Shown here: piece by piece, positions 46,657 to 55,946 of the stretch
Numbering within the stretch: the stretch's first letter is position 1
Layout of the letters: every line of letters starts with the position of its first letter
Source of the DNA: Patescibacteria group bacterium
GTDB taxonomy: Bacteria; Patescibacteriota; Minisyncoccia; Phycocordibacterales; XYD1-FULL-46-19
Direction: 5' to 3'
Assembly (NCBI GenBank): GCA_048617235.1
Contig: JBMCHT010000002.1
Location: 1-61,898, forward strand
DNA: 61,898 nucleotides
Position numbers and translations under genes: made by a program
The notes under the pieces: generated by a model
Databases searched by the model: none
Told to the model about the DNA's origin: nothing
Seen by the model: only the letters and a program-made list of their open reading frames with translations

Positions 46657-47529
46657 TTATTTATAATAATCAATCAAAGCCGTCACGCCAGCTAAGTTTT
46701 CATCCCACTCAATAGATTGATGGGTTTTTAATTCTACAGTAATAGCCGGAATACCGATGGTGGCCAACCAACCTTCAGCATCACCGGTAATTTTATAATG
46801 ATCAAAAGATTCTATGGCTCGGTAACCGGAAGCCTTGGCATACAAATCCATTAACATTCGACTGCCCGCACTAATCCCCTCCTGACAATATCCGGGGTAA
46901 ACGGCATTAGACTGACTATGCCAAAAAACCACCGCTTCCGGTTGATGTTCTAAAACAATATTTTTTATAGCTTCAGCTTCCGGTTCTGAAAACGGTGCCG
47001 TCCCGGCGCTAACCGGCTGATTACGCCAAGTACTTTCCGACTGCCACTTGCAATCAAAATTTCTATTTAAATCTACATCATTGGCATTAAACCGACCAAA
47101 AGGTGGTTCTAGTCCGTCCGGAACATCACTGGCCAAAAAACGCCCTTCTTTACCTGTTACTTTAAAAACACCATCAGGATTAGCTGAAGGAATTATAGTA
47201 ATAGTTAAACTAGCCGGCACAAATTCCGGATTGGCTTCCAAATAATCCATTAATTTATAAGCTAACAAAACCGTATTCCATTCATAACCACCATGAATTC
47301 CTCCCACAAATATTATTTCTTTATCACCTTGACCATAAGTATAAGATTCTATTGATCGCCCTAAAACCGAGTGTCCAATAATCTTTTTAGTCTTAAAAGG
47401 AGCTTTAGTTTCCGGGGTTTCTGTTTCTGTTTTTTCAATTGGAACTTCTTTTGTTTGATTAATGTACACCAAAACACCTCCAATCAATAAGATTGAAAAA
47501 ATAATAATTCCAACTAGCCAACTTCTCAT
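46657..47529 (-). CDS. M14-family zinc carboxypeptidase-like protein (paralogue 1)
   Basis: GGIHGGYEWNT (HxxE) and DLNRNFDC motifs, with a signal anchor. Confidence 0.7.
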   Translation of the reverse strand: MRSWLVGIIIFSILLIGGVLVYINQTKEVPIEKTETETPETKAPFKTKKIIGHSVLGRSIESYTYGQGDKEIIFVGGIHGGYEWNTVLLAYKLMDYLEANPEFVPASLTITIIPSANPDGVFKVTGKEGRFLASDVPDGLEPPFGRFNANDVDLNRNFDCKWQSESTWRNQPVSAGTAPFSEPEAEAIKNIVLEHQPEAVVFWHSQSNAVYPGYCQEGISAGSRMLMDLYAKASGYRAIESFDHYKITGDAEGWLATIGIPAITVELKTHQSIEWDENLAGVTALIDYYK

Positions 47530-47531
47530 TA

Positions 47532-48461
47532 TTAGTTTAATTCAGAGTAATATTCCAACATAGCCTCAATTCCTCTTTTGTTTTGTTGCCATTCAACATC
47601 ACTATGAGTTTGCAACAAAACACTGATTGCCGGAATACCAATCTTAGCCATCCAATTAAGAGGATCACCGGTAATTTTATAATAATCAAAACTTTCAAAA
47701 GCTTCATAACCTGAAGCTTCGGCATATAAATCAGTTAAAGCCATGGTAGCCGTAGAAACATTATCACTACAACTTGAAGCAAAAACACCGCCACCGGCTG
47801 AATACCAAGCCACAACCGCTTTTGGTTCATAATTTCTTACATAATCTCGTAAAGCCTTAGCTTCCGGTTCTGAAAAAACAGCCGTACCGGCATCTACCGT
47901 TCGACTCTGCCAAGTACTTTCGGTTTGCCAATTACAATCAAAATTACGACCTAAATCCACTCCGTTGGCATTAAAACGACCGGGTATGGTTTGAGCTGAA
48001 TCTGTCGGTATATCTTTAGAACTAAAACGACCGGCAGTACCCGCCACCTTATGCAGACCGTCCGGATTAAGAACCGGGATCACTGATACTTCCACTTTCT
48101 CCGGTAAATTGTTTTCAAGATAATCCATTAATTCAAAAGCCACCAAACTGGAATTCCAAGAATATCCACCATGAATTCCGCCAATAAACAAAAGTTTGGT
48201 ATCGCTGTTACCATAAATATAAGCGGTAATATCTCGCCCCTCAACCGATTGACCAATCACCTTCTCTCTTTTAGTTTTAACTTCCGGCTCCGGCTCATCC
48301 TCCTCATCAAGATCGGTATCTTGATCAAGAGTTATATCAGAAGTTATTGACTCTTCATCATTTAAATCACCTGGCTTTGATGTATTATTAATAAACCACC
48401 AACCACCAACAAAAATTAATAAAATTAAAATAACTATGAGAATGTATATATTTTTTTTCAT
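47532..48461 (-). CDS. M14-family zinc carboxypeptidase-like protein (paralogue 2)
   Basis: GGIHGGYSWNS and DLGRNFDC motifs. Collinear with the neighbouring paralogue. Confidence 0.7.
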   Translation of the reverse strand: MKKNIYILIVILILLIFVGGWWFINNTSKPGDLNDEESITSDITLDQDTDLDEEDEPEPEVKTKREKVIGQSVEGRDITAYIYGNSDTKLLFIGGIHGGYSWNSSLVAFELMDYLENNLPEKVEVSVIPVLNPDGLHKVAGTAGRFSSKDIPTDSAQTIPGRFNANGVDLGRNFDCNWQTESTWQSRTVDAGTAVFSEPEAKALRDYVRNYEPKAVVAWYSAGGGVFASSCSDNVSTATMALTDLYAEASGYEAFESFDYYKITGDPLNWMAKIGIPAISVLLQTHSDVEWQQNKRGIEAMLEYYSELN

Positions 48462-48539
48462 AGCCTAATTATAACATAAAACCTATTTATTTTATAACCA
48501 CATATTATTCTACTTTTAAAAGCCTAAAAATAAGACTTT

Positions 48540-50327
48540 TTACCGTAAACTTTTACGGCGATCATTATCAGTTAAATATTTTTTACGCAATCTAACAGAT
48601 TGGGGACAAACTTCTAAATATTCATCCGCTTGCATAATCTCCAACCCAATTTCAATAGATAATATTTTAGGCGGAATTAAATTAATAGTATCATCATTAC
48701 CGGCGGCTCGCATATTAGTTAATTGTTTACCTTTAGTCGGATTAACAATCATTTCTTCTCCTTTGGCGGTATTACCAATAACCATTCCTTCATAAACATC
48801 CACTCCGGCTGAAATATATAACTCACCTCGATCTTGCAAACCAAACAAAGCAAAACCCAAAGCTTTACCGGTAGCCATTGAAGTCATGGAACCGGTGGCT
48901 CGTTTTTTAATTTCGCCCACATAAGGTTTAAAACCCAAACTATGAGCCGCTAAAATTCCTTCTCCTTTGGTATCCACCACAAATTGATTCCGGTAACCCA
49001 AAAGTCCTCGAGTAGGGCCGACAAACATTAAACGAGCTTGGTTTTCAAGTAATGTCATATTTTGCATCACAAAACCCCGACCGGATAACCTCTCTATCAC
49101 CACTCCTTGAAATTCAACCGGAATATCAACAATTAATTCTTCAAAGGGTTCAACTTTAACTCCATTTTCTTCTTTAATAACCACCTGTGGTTGCGAGACA
49201 GATAATTCATAACCTTCTCGTCGCATATTCTCTAATAAAATAGCCAAATGCATTTCACCTCGTCCTCGAACAATAAAGGTATCTCCGCTTGAAAAATCCA
49301 CCTGTAAACCAACATTAACTTCCAATTCTTTTTTTAATCGATCACCAATCTGTCGCGAAGTAACATACTTGCCTTCTCGGCCGGCAAAAGGCGAACTGTT
49401 AACTAAAAAATTAACCTCCACTGTTGGCTCATCTACTTTAATTGCCTCCAGAGGTTCTATATTATTAGTATCAGAAACAGTTTCTCCAATATTAATATCT
49501 TCTAAACCGGCAATTAAAACAATATCACCGGCTGCGGCTGTTTCTGCTTCCACTTCATTAACCCCTTTATAACTACTAAGCTTAACTACTTTTTTGGAAA
49601 CTATAGTGCCATCTTTTTTATAAATAAAAACCGGCTGTTGTTTGACAATTTTCCCACTATAAATTCTAGCCACCGCCAACCGACCCAAAAAATTACTATA
49701 TGATAAATTAAAAACCTGAGCCCGAAGCGGATCTCCTTCTTTTAAACCCTCGGCCGGGGATACCTTTTCTAAGATAATATCCAAAACTATGGAAAAATCA
49801 GACCAATCATCAGCCAACTCTCGCTTAGCTAAACCGTCTCGTCCAATAGCATAAACCACCGGGAAATTAGATTGTGAATCTGAAGCCCCTAATTCCAAAA
49901 AAAGCTCTAAAACTTGTTCTTCACATCGATCCGGATCAGCCGCCGGCTTATCCACTTTATTTATAATAACAATAGGCTTAAGACCCAACTCTAAAGACTT
50001 TTTTAAAACAAATCTAGTCTGAGGCATCGGTCCTTCTTGAGCATCAACTAAAAGCAAAACCGCATCAATTGAACGTAAAACTCGCTCTACTTCTGAACCA
50101 AAATCGGCATGCCCCGGAGTGTCTACAATATTAATTTTAGTGCCTTTATATTCAATCGAGGTATTTTTAGCATAAATGGTAATTCCTCGTTCTTGTTCCA
50201 AAGCATTACTGTCCATTGAAACTTCCGCCTCACCGGTACCGGTCAATTTCATTAAACCATCAGTTAAAGTGGTTTTACCATGATCAACATGGGCAATAAT
50301 GGCAATATTTCTAATTTCTTGATTCAT
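48540..50327 (-). CDS. typA: translational GTPase TypA/BipA
   Basis: [14 protein letters not shown] and NKVD motifs. The 595-aa EF-G-like layout lacks domain IV. Confidence 0.9.
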   Translation of the reverse strand: MNQEIRNIAIIAHVDHGKTTLTDGLMKLTGTGEAEVSMDSNALEQERGITIYAKNTSIEYKGTKINIVDTPGHADFGSEVERVLRSIDAVLLLVDAQEGPMPQTRFVLKKSLELGLKPIVIINKVDKPAADPDRCEEQVLELFLELGASDSQSNFPVVYAIGRDGLAKRELADDWSDFSIVLDIILEKVSPAEGLKEGDPLRAQVFNLSYSNFLGRLAVARIYSGKIVKQQPVFIYKKDGTIVSKKVVKLSSYKGVNEVEAETAAAGDIVLIAGLEDINIGETVSDTNNIEPLEAIKVDEPTVEVNFLVNSSPFAGREGKYVTSRQIGDRLKKELEVNVGLQVDFSSGDTFIVRGRGEMHLAILLENMRREGYELSVSQPQVVIKEENGVKVEPFEELIVDIPVEFQGVVIERLSGRGFVMQNMTLLENQARLMFVGPTRGLLGYRNQFVVDTKGEGILAAHSLGFKPYVGEIKKRATGSMTSMATGKALGFALFGLQDRGELYISAGVDVYEGMVIGNTAKGEEMIVNPTKGKQLTNMRAAGNDDTINLIPPKILSIEIGLEIMQADEYLEVCPQSVRLRKKYLTDNDRRKSLR

Positions 50328-50407
50328 AAATTTTTTGAAAAATAAAACCCGCCTCTATTAGACTAGCGGAATATTTATATTTACAGTCACTGAGTCTTTA
50401 TTTTTCT

Positions 50408-50436
50408 ATTATGTATTTAATTGTGTGTGTTGTCAA
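50408..50436 (-). promoter_or_regulatory. candidate promoter TTGACA-N17-CATAAT upstream of typA
   Basis: -35 at 50436..50431 and -10 at 50413..50408, read on the minus strand. Confidence 0.4.
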
Positions 50437-50446
50437 ATAAATTATC

Positions 50447-51067
50447 TTAGTCTTCCCTATTGGCTGACTCCAAATATTCGGCCAATAAGCCTAACATAAG
50501 ATTTTTTGTATCTTTATGAGAATTATAGACAATTTGTTTATCTACTAACTCTTCCCTAAATTGAGTAATAAAATTCATATCCAAAGCCTGCCAAGAAGGC
50601 ATTTTTAAAATAGTCTTTTTTAAATCTTCGGTTATAGACATTATTGCGGGAATATTTTCACTTTCACCCAAATCTTTTATTAAACTATAACCACCTTTCA
50701 TAGTTCTGGGAGCAAAATGAGTTGGCACAAATACTTTATATTTTAAATAGCCTAACAAATATCCTTTTTCAAAATCTCCAAAGGCAAAAGTAGGATCATG
50801 ACTAGCTCCTTCAAAATGATTTACAAATCTCTCTTCTTCGAGTGGGGCTCTATCCCGTCTTGAAATGGCTCGAGCATACCATTTGTAAATATCATTAAAG
50901 GAAACAGCGTGTTTTTCATATAAATCAACGGTTGCAATAAGACCAAAAGGAATTTTTTCCATTTCATCTCCTTCAGATTCTGCTTGCTCAAATTCTAAAT
51001 CTTTTAGTTCATCTTGAAGACGTTTGTCTGAATCACGCTTTGATGTCCAAAAATTTTCAAAACCCAT
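50447..51067 (-). CDS. hypothetical protein (206 aa)
   Basis: Long ORF lying 11 nt downstream of the 416-aa ORF. No motif recognised. Confidence 0.5.
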   Translation of the reverse strand: MGFENFWTSKRDSDKRLQDELKDLEFEQAESEGDEMEKIPFGLIATVDLYEKHAVSFNDIYKWYARAISRRDRAPLEEERFVNHFEGASHDPTFAFGDFEKGYLLGYLKYKVFVPTHFAPRTMKGGYSLIKDLGESENIPAIMSITEDLKKTILKMPSWQALDMNFITQFREELVDKQIVYNSHKDTKNLMLGLLAEYLESANRED

Positions 51068-51078
51068 ACAAATAAAAA

Positions 51079-52329
51079 TTAAAAGAATTTACCCATAACA
51101 CCATTTAAAATTACTTTACCTTTGGCCCAAATACCAACCTTTTCTTCTTCACCTTCTGCCTCTTCTATTATCTTATTAATTCTATCCAAAATATCATAAA
51201 CTTCATACACACCATTTTCTTTCATCCATCTTTTAACTTGTTTACTTTTAACATGTTTTTTTAAGGTTTCGTAGGAGCCGCGAAATAAATCCGGCACAGT
51301 TTCTAACCAATTGGGCACATTTTCCACATAATATTCCGCTGCCACATATCCTTCAACATGTAATACTTCATCGTAAATAGATAAAACATCCATCCTTAAT
51401 ACGGTCGACAACTCACTGGGATTGCCTGAAAAAGAGAAAATCATCATGTCTAAAGTTTCTATAATATCCCTTATAAGTTTTTTAATTTCTGAAACAAAGT
51501 CATTATTAATTTCATCACAGACTTTGATAAACAATTTAAAAGATTCTAAACAACAAACCATCTTATCTATACTAAGTCTAATTTGCTTATGTAATAAATT
51601 ACTATTATCCGCTTCTTTAATAATTTTAAGAATCCCCTTAAAAATATCAACACTTTTACTATATGAAGAAACTAATTCTTCTTTAGTTAAATTATCAGTC
51701 TCAAATTTTACTTGTATATCATCTAATAATTGCTCAAATTCTGAATTCAGATTTTCAGCTTTAGAAGTAATAGCTTGGGCTTCTTTTTTATAACTATCTA
51801 AAACTTGTTTAATTTCATCCAAAGATGAATCAAGTCCCTCTATTTTTTCTGCAACATAATTATTTCTTGATCGTTCATCTCTGGCTACTTGTTCCAACAT
51901 TGGTTCTAATTCGGTACCCTTCACTACTTGCCGAGCAACATATTCTCCCAATCTACCCAAAAATTCTTCCAAATCTGAATTCTCAACCATCAAATATATA
52001 TCTTCTCGAACTAATTGAAAACGAATCCAGTGAGCAACTTCTTCACCATAAGTATTAATATCATCAAAATGTTTTAGATTTATACAAATAACATTAGATT
52101 CCGGATCATAACTGGAAGTCCCTTGGGGATCTTCATCAGATATTAAAGTTGGCCACTCTAGTTCATTTGGTGGCACACCTAATTTTTCTAACATCAAATT
52201 AGCTAAACAAAATACATCCTTTTTAATTCGTTCAATCTCCTCCGGGGAAACTTCTATATCTGCCTTAGATTTTTCAGAGGCTTCCTCTGAGCCTTCTGGG
52301 TTTGAGCTTTTATTTTCTAATTTAAACAT
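51079..52329 (-). CDS. hypothetical protein (416 aa), acidic, with a long helical/coiled-coil middle
   Basis: Long ORF. No motif recognised. Confidence 0.5.
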   Translation of the reverse strand: MFKLENKSSNPEGSEEASEKSKADIEVSPEEIERIKKDVFCLANLMLEKLGVPPNELEWPTLISDEDPQGTSSYDPESNVICINLKHFDDINTYGEEVAHWIRFQLVREDIYLMVENSDLEEFLGRLGEYVARQVVKGTELEPMLEQVARDERSRNNYVAEKIEGLDSSLDEIKQVLDSYKKEAQAITSKAENLNSEFEQLLDDIQVKFETDNLTKEELVSSYSKSVDIFKGILKIIKEADNSNLLHKQIRLSIDKMVCCLESFKLFIKVCDEINNDFVSEIKKLIRDIIETLDMMIFSFSGNPSELSTVLRMDVLSIYDEVLHVEGYVAAEYYVENVPNWLETVPDLFRGSYETLKKHVKSKQVKRWMKENGVYEVYDILDRINKIIEEAEGEEEKVGIWAKGKVILNGVMGKFF

Positions 52330-52471
52330 AAAATTTTTTAAAATAATATTAAAGTGACATTATAACACATCCCAAATCTAAAGAATATGTTACATTTTTA
52401 AAATAAATCCCACATAACACTCAATTAATCAACTTTTAAATTTTATGAAATAATACCAATCACTCATCTCT

Positions 52472-52981
52472 CTACCCCATTTTTTCTTTAATTAAACCAA
52501 AATTGTTATATTTATGATCCGCTCCGGGAATTTCCAATGTTTTTATATTTTCTTTTTTTTGAATTATTTTTGAATTTACTAATTCTTTATACGAAGTGAC
52601 GGGGTCATTTGTTTTTTGAATAATTAAAGTCGGCACAGAATAATCTTCTAACCAATAATCAAGAGGGAAATTATTTTCCCTAACCCAATTCAAAGGAAAA
52701 CCCAAAAAAACACATTTTTCCGGCTTTAACTTTCCTTCTATTATAGCTTTAACAGTTAATATACTCCCGGCAGATTTAGCTAAAACAAAAAAAGGAGGCT
52801 CCGGTATATTTTCAATTAATTTCTCAATTTCTTTATCTAAATTTATAAACTCTTCCCCGGATTTCCAATGATCATAACTTTGTTTATATATATAATTAAA
52901 ATCCGAAATAAAACTTTTAGAAACCAAAGTTGCCCATTCTTTATTGTTTAAACTATTACCGGGTAAAATAACTAAATTCAT
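52472..52981 (-). CDS. small alpha/beta-hydrolase-fold protein
   Basis: 169 aa. AKSAGS is a nucleophile-elbow-like segment and a DH motif lies near the C-terminus. Confidence 0.5.
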   Translation of the reverse strand: MNLVILPGNSLNNKEWATLVSKSFISDFNYIYKQSYDHWKSGEEFINLDKEIEKLIENIPEPPFFVLAKSAGSILTVKAIIEGKLKPEKCVFLGFPLNWVRENNFPLDYWLEDYSVPTLIIQKTNDPVTSYKELVNSKIIQKKENIKTLEIPGADHKYNNFGLIKEKMG

Positions 52982-53044
52982 ATAAAATTAAGAAACGATT
53001 ATTTTTTAATTCGGAACATTCTTTATTTTAAAAACTCAACTAGA

Positions 53045-53491
53045 TTAAATGTGATACATTAAATACCAAACCAAAAGCGCCAATGACCCCCACCAGCCGG
53101 CAAAGGAGATCACAAAACTGACACTAATCGCCACCTGTAAACGCTTCGGCAACAGCTCTCGCTCCCGACCCTCACTCTCTTGTTTCAAAAGATAGGGACT
53201 GACATAAAAAGATAAAAACAAACCGTTGATAACCAAAGCCACAGCGATAATCGCCTGAGTTATCGGTATCCAAGTAAACGGATTATTTAAATAAAAGAAA
53301 ACACCCCCAACAACCGCCAAAGTTATACCGATCCAAATCAAAGGTTTGGTTACTTTATGTGTCCGAATAGTAGCCTCGGTCCAGTACGAAGACCGCCGCC
53401 CGAGAAAACCATGCAAATCAATAACGGTTACCGCTCCCAAACCGATCACAAACCCGACTAAAAACATAAATAAAGCAATTGAAGTTAACAT
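53045..53491 (-). CDS. integral membrane protein (paralogue family of 9471..10064)
   Basis: 4 TM segments and shared motifs with the 197-aa ORF. Visibly GC-richer. Confidence 0.6.
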   Translation of the reverse strand: MLTSIALFMFLVGFVIGLGAVTVIDLHGFLGRRSSYWTEATIRTHKVTKPLIWIGITLAVVGGVFFYLNNPFTWIPITQAIIAVALVINGLFLSFYVSPYLLKQESEGRERELLPKRLQVAISVSFVISFAGWWGSLALLVWYLMYHI

Positions 53492-53559
53492 AATATCAGT
53501 TTATCAGAAATATTTTAAATTCAACATACTAAAATTATCACATCAAACTAAACTATTTA

Positions 53560-54534
53560 CTACCTATCACTAGAATACTTTTTTATTAATTGATCATAAT
53601 AATCTCCCGATCTAGATTCTAACATCTTCAATCTTTCTTCTTTTTCTTGATCAGAAATATTATATCGATCAAAAAAATCATTCTGATTTCCTTGAAGCCC
53701 TAATCTAAGTTCTCTTAAAGGTAAACAAACACTCCATAACGCTTGATTAAATCCAAAAGCTCCTGATGTATTTTCAGTCATAAAACTTTTAGATACTAAA
53801 ATTAATCCATTATCTATTAAATATAGCTTAGGTTTGTCATCTTTATGGGTTTTACCATAAATTAAGTTCTGGTAATTTGTCACCTCCGGGAATAAACCCT
53901 CTCCCTGTTTTTTTCTTCTTATTTCTTGATCTGCGCTTAAACCAAGTGATAATACTTCATCTGAATTAAGGGTTTCTTCCCACATTTTAAAAGAATTAAA
54001 CATTATATCATCTAACTGTCGTAACATATCAAATATACGCTGGCATTTATCTAAGCCTCTATATTCTAATCCACCCTCCAAATCATTATATTTAAAAGCT
54101 TCAACTAAGGATGCTCTTAAGCTATGCATACTGCTATGAATATTAGCATTACTGTTTTGTCTAATTCCCGCCACAGTCATCTCTTCTTTTATTAACTCAT
54201 CTATATTCAAACCTACAACCCGATCTTGAACAAGATATAACTGCGGTTCAGCTGAAGTTTCACTTTGTCCGATTACAAAACGACTATTGGGCACCGCTTC
54301 TCCTAAATATTGTTTTAACAATTTATATCCTTTCAAATAACGCTCTTTAATATAGTCTATCAGGGGCAAATCTTTTACTTCTTCATCTAGCTTAGAATTA
54401 GGCTCTTTTTTGAGAGTTTTAATTACAAATCTATCATCATCCTTAAATCGAGATACATCAAATTCAAAACTATCGGTTTCTTTCATTTCCATTTCACCTC
54501 TAAAAGGTGTTAGATCTTCCGGTTTTTTATTCAT
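53560..54534 (-). CDS. hypothetical protein (324 aa); faint protein-kinase-like pattern
   Basis: VIKTLKK...LYLVQDRVVG...NLIY...LYLIDNG order resembles a beta3-Lys / hinge / catalytic-Asn / DxG layout. Not conclusive. Confidence 0.45.
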   Translation of the reverse strand: MNKKPEDLTPFRGEMEMKETDSFEFDVSRFKDDDRFVIKTLKKEPNSKLDEEVKDLPLIDYIKERYLKGYKLLKQYLGEAVPNSRFVIGQSETSAEPQLYLVQDRVVGLNIDELIKEEMTVAGIRQNSNANIHSSMHSLRASLVEAFKYNDLEGGLEYRGLDKCQRIFDMLRQLDDIMFNSFKMWEETLNSDEVLSLGLSADQEIRRKKQGEGLFPEVTNYQNLIYGKTHKDDKPKLYLIDNGLILVSKSFMTENTSGAFGFNQALWSVCLPLRELRLGLQGNQNDFFDRYNISDQEKEERLKMLESRSGDYYDQLIKKYSSDR

Positions 54535-54620
54535 ATTTTTATTTTACACCAACATCCAAATTTAAAGAAACAACCTAAGAAAATATCTCTTCAATCTTCT
54601 CTATTGTTTACTTTAATTGA
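54524..54620. repeat. direct repeat, copy A (decayed copy of the NUDIX 3' end plus intergenic spacer)
   Basis: Near-identical to 55851..55946. The core 54544..54620 versus 55871..55946 differs at only a handful of positions. Confidence 0.85.
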
Positions 54621-54631
54621 GATAAAAATAG

Positions 54632-54973
54632 CTACATCATAAATATATCACAAATATCCTGTATTCTTTTTTTGTTTTCCCTTTCTTTGTTGCCCTTATA
54701 ATACACTTCAATAAACACAACCTCTACCGTATCTCCATCATAAAAATAAATAAGCCTAAGTTCGGATCCTCTCAGAGTCCGACACATCATTCTCATTTTC
54801 AAAATATACTTATTATCTTTTTCCCGTAATATATTCCAATGTTTACTCCCATCCCCGGTCGGTTCTACTTGAATTGCCTTTTTAGCCACCTCGAAATCTT
54901 CTTGAAGTGTTTTGTATTTCTTCAACAACCTCTTAAAATCTTTCTGAAACTTATCACCTTCCACAATCTTCAT
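54632..54973 (-). CDS. RelE/ParE-superfamily-like toxin
   Basis: 113 aa and basic. C-terminal strands read LRLIYFYDGDTVEVVFIEVYYK. Lies directly downstream of the antitoxin. Confidence 0.55.
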   Translation of the reverse strand: MKIVEGDKFQKDFKRLLKKYKTLQEDFEVAKKAIQVEPTGDGSKHWNILREKDNKYILKMRMMCRTLRGSELRLIYFYDGDTVEVVFIEVYYKGNKERENKKRIQDICDIFMM

Positions 54974-54984
54974 ACAGCTTTATT

Positions 54985-55710
54985 CTAAAGTTTACTGTAA
55001 TCACGCACCGAAAATTCATTCGGTCGATAAAAAGCAAGTTCATAATCTATATTTTCACCATATTCAGTCGCCTTCCAAGGCATATCACGATGAGTCATTT
55101 CCGATAGCTGTGTTGCGGTTCGATCTGAATACCTATCAAGTACATCATTAATCATCTCAAGTTCCTCACCTGATAATTCAGCAAAATTTGCCTCAGACCG
55201 AGGAAGAAACTTTTTTTGCTCTCGAGTAAAAAATTTGGACTTAACTTCTACAACATCACCAGATGCCCTCATCTCATCAACCACCTTTTTAAACTGACGC
55301 GGAGTCGGACCGTGGTCATTTTTAATATAAGTGAGACCCATTAACTGCTTCTCATACTTTTCGTAATAATCAAAATCAATGAAGTACAGGAGTTTATACA
55401 ACACCGTCATACCTACATTCGGTTTAGCTCCAACTTTCTCCAATACATACAGTAAAACTTGTTTGAACTTCTTAACATTTTCCTGTGGAATACTGACACG
55501 CATATCACTCTGCTTCTTCTTATCAAGTTCAAAAGATCTAGCTATTTTATCAAACCTTTCCTTTTCCTTGGTAGTAAGTTTCCGTTCGCCTTTTTCAACC
55601 TTTATCAAGGTAGGGCGAGAAATTCCTAATACACCAGCAAGCTCTACTTGAGAAAGACCAAGCTTTTTACGCTTTTTTTGTATTTGTGTAGTCATACTTA
55701 CAATATACAC
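54985..55710 (-). CDS. antitoxin: XRE-type HTH fused to a Panacea (DUF4065/SocA-like) domain
   Basis: KKLGLSQVELAGVLGISRPTLIKVEKGER is the HTH. LYKLLYFIDFDYYEKY...Y.KNDHGP is the DUF4065 pattern. The start may be Met at 55695. Confidence 0.7.
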   Translation of the reverse strand: MYIVSMTTQIQKKRKKLGLSQVELAGVLGISRPTLIKVEKGERKLTTKEKERFDKIARSFELDKKKQSDMRVSIPQENVKKFKQVLLYVLEKVGAKPNVGMTVLYKLLYFIDFDYYEKYEKQLMGLTYIKNDHGPTPRQFKKVVDEMRASGDVVEVKSKFFTREQKKFLPRSEANFAELSGEELEMINDVLDRYSDRTATQLSEMTHRDMPWKATEYGENIDYELAFYRPNEFSVRDYSKL

Positions 55711-55712
55711 CC

Positions 55713-55751
55713 ATATGTTATATTTTACAAATAAATATGTTAATATTTACA
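55713..55751. promoter_or_regulatory. two 17-nt direct repeats upstream of the antitoxin gene (candidate operator)
   Basis: ATATGTTATATTTTACA at 55713..55729 and ATATGTTAATATTTACA at 55735..55751. Confidence 0.45.
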
Positions 55752-55850
55752 TCTTCTTTATCACTCCTTTTTTACCCCAATTCACTTAAACAACCGCTCT
55801 TACAACTACCGCCCTTTCTCCATTTGATATCAAATACTTCACCAATAGTT

Positions 55851-55946
55851 TGTTTCTTTATATTTTTATCTTACACCAACATCCAGGTTTAAAAAATAAC
55901 CTAAGAAAACATCTCTTCAATCTTCTCTATTGTTTGCTCTAATTGA
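55851..55946. repeat. direct repeat, copy B (covers the functional 3' end of the NUDIX gene)
   Basis: See copy A. Confidence 0.85.

Larger units (their letters stand above)
54621..55850 (-). mobile_element. about 1.2-kb toxin-antitoxin cassette inserted between the NUDIX gene and the 324-aa gene
   Basis: Bounded by the ~90-bp direct repeats. Contains only the two TA genes and their promoter/operator region. No recombinase is present. Confidence 0.45.

Noticed and set aside
50345-50375. A short hairpin followed by GTTTTATTTTT in the typA leader could be an attenuator.
   Set aside because: The stem is only 4 to 5 bp with an 11-nt loop. That is too weak to call without folding energetics or conservation.
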